Assembly (NCBI RefSeq): GCF_032444005.1
Contig: NC_091283.1
Span: 836,008,001-836,072,000 of the forward strand
Direction: 5' to 3'
DNA: 64,000 nucleotides
Origin: Ranitomeya imitator
Taxonomy: Eukaryota
Numbering within the stretch: position 1 is the stretch's first letter; each line of letters begins with the position of its first letter. A program made the position numbers and the translations under genes. The notes under the pieces are model-generated. The model saw nothing but the letters and a program-made list of their open reading frames with translations, did no database searches and had not been told where the DNA came from. Of the stretch, positions 62,433 to 64,000 are shown one piece after another.

Positions 62433-63339
62433 GGCCTCTTTCAGATGTCAGTGTGTCTGGTACGTGTTGTGACAGTTTTCACACGTATCGGAGAAACTTA
62501 CACACGTCGACCCATTCAAGTGAATGGGTCTGTGCACATGTCAGTGTGTATCCAAGTTCCGTATGTCCTTGGGCAAAACATGCTGACATGTCCATTTTTT
62601 ACCAACAGCACAGGACACAAAACACCCCACACACGTGCACACGGATGACACACAGAAATGTTATCCATGTGAACCGCACCACCGCCTGAGAAGCAGTGGT
62701 ACAGTTAGCTCTGTTCCCCAGCGCCTGGAGATGAAGACGGCTCTCATCATTCTCCCCTGCTCTGCCGGCGATCAGTGCGAGCGCAGCATCAGTGACCGGC
62801 AGTGACTTCATTGAGGTTACAGCGGGTCAGTGAGGCTGTATTCTCATCGGGCTGAACTGCGGTGATCTCAGCACTGTGGGAAAAATTCACTGAGTTCAAG
62901 GTGATCTGTTGGTAACTCACTGAGCTTGATCTGCGATGGCCTCATCACTGACTTTTCCCATGGAGCTAGGGTCACCGCAGTTTACCCTGGCTGGGAACAC
63001 AGCCTCAGTAACCGGCAGTAAACTCGATGATGTCATCACCGGTCACTAATGGTGTGCTAGCACCAGCTCATTCACCAGTGGTTCTCAGCTTGGACGGTTG
63101 CATCTTGGCACCGCCCAGGTTGAAAATTATTTTTCCCAAGACATGGATTATGGCCTGGGACAGAACAATGGAGAGGTGAGGAATATTGTTGTTTTTCTAT
63201 TTTTGTTTAATTACAGGAGACAAGGGATTCAGTGTATTTAAGTGTAAGGTGAGAATAACTGTAATTGTCATTTTTAAATAAAAATGGAAAAGTGTGTTTT
63301 GTATTTATCTCTAATAAAATACTTTATTCTGGCTGTGTG
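62433..63339. mobile_element. Left part of a Harbinger-like non-autonomous element
   Basis: Starts TTA|GGCCTCTTTCA; interrupted by the LTR at 63340, so internal extent is uncertain. Confidence 0.5.
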
Positions 63340-64000
63340 TGTTAGGTGTCGAGTTCCCACCACTGCACAAGGGGAATCTCAAACCACCTCCGCTGCGGTC
63401 TCTGCCTCAAGGAGAAACTGTGCGCTTGGTTACTGCCGCCCTTCCAGGCTCAGCCATTGTAACCAGCACTGATCAGCGGCGAGCAGACGCTCCTGGGACT
63501 AAGTCCTGCTTTTCCTCTACTGAGCATGCCCAAGAGATGACCTCTCATTGGAGGTCGGGGATCACATGCCCAGGTCCTGTAGCAGCTCCTATTGGACCAC
63601 ACGGCCATGAGCTAGTATAAACTTGCTAACATGTGTGTGTAGATGAATGCCTGTCGATGGATGAAAGCTCCTAATCATTCCCATCCCTAGTGTTGTTGCC
63701 TGTTCGCGAATGGTTGAAGCTACATAGCGCCTGACAGTGCTATCCTGCACACCTAGCACACGATATAGCGTCTCTCAGCAGCAACCGCCAGTGCGGCGCT
63801 GTGCGCTTAGTGCGCTTTCCTAGCCCTAGTTAGGGTGGTTAGTGGCATCCGCCAGAGCGTTGCTGTACGCACTGTTGTGTGGTAAATTATTAGCTCAGTT
63901 CTATCCCTGACACCACTGTAGCGGTGTCGAGCGTAAGAGGTCTAGAGGAACTCTTTCCCCGAGTCTTGGGACAGAGTTCTATGACTCTTTGCTTGCGCTC
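63340..64000 (+). mobile_element. LTR related to element C (5' or solo LTR, runs off the window)
   Basis: TGTTAGGTGTCGAGTT..GGGGAATCTC..CCGCTGCGGTCTC aligns to U3 of C; no PPT upstream. Confidence 0.85.

Overview
Vertebrate genomic DNA, most consistent with a frog (inference from the trypsin sequences and repeat families; species cannot be fixed). It holds a cluster of four intact 5-exon trypsinogen genes (-, -, +, -; each CDS 735 nt, 244 aa) embedded in dense transposon DNA. Three Ty3/Gypsy chromovirus-type LTR elements are present: A (3482-15193), B nested in the polypurine tract of A (4300-9938) and an apparently intact, very young C (40445-46561). There are also solo LTRs, two 5'-truncated CR1 LINEs, hAT transposase relics with a 133-bp subterminal array, Tc1 elements, MITEs and a minimal hammerhead ribozyme. 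Strongest signal: none of the three Gypsy elements has a tRNA-type PBS. Each PBS is instead complementary to a 9-11 nt LTR motif lying exactly 30 nt after a TATA box, with compensatory changes between A and B, indicating Tf1-style self-primed reverse transcription. All coordinates and comparisons were done by eye.
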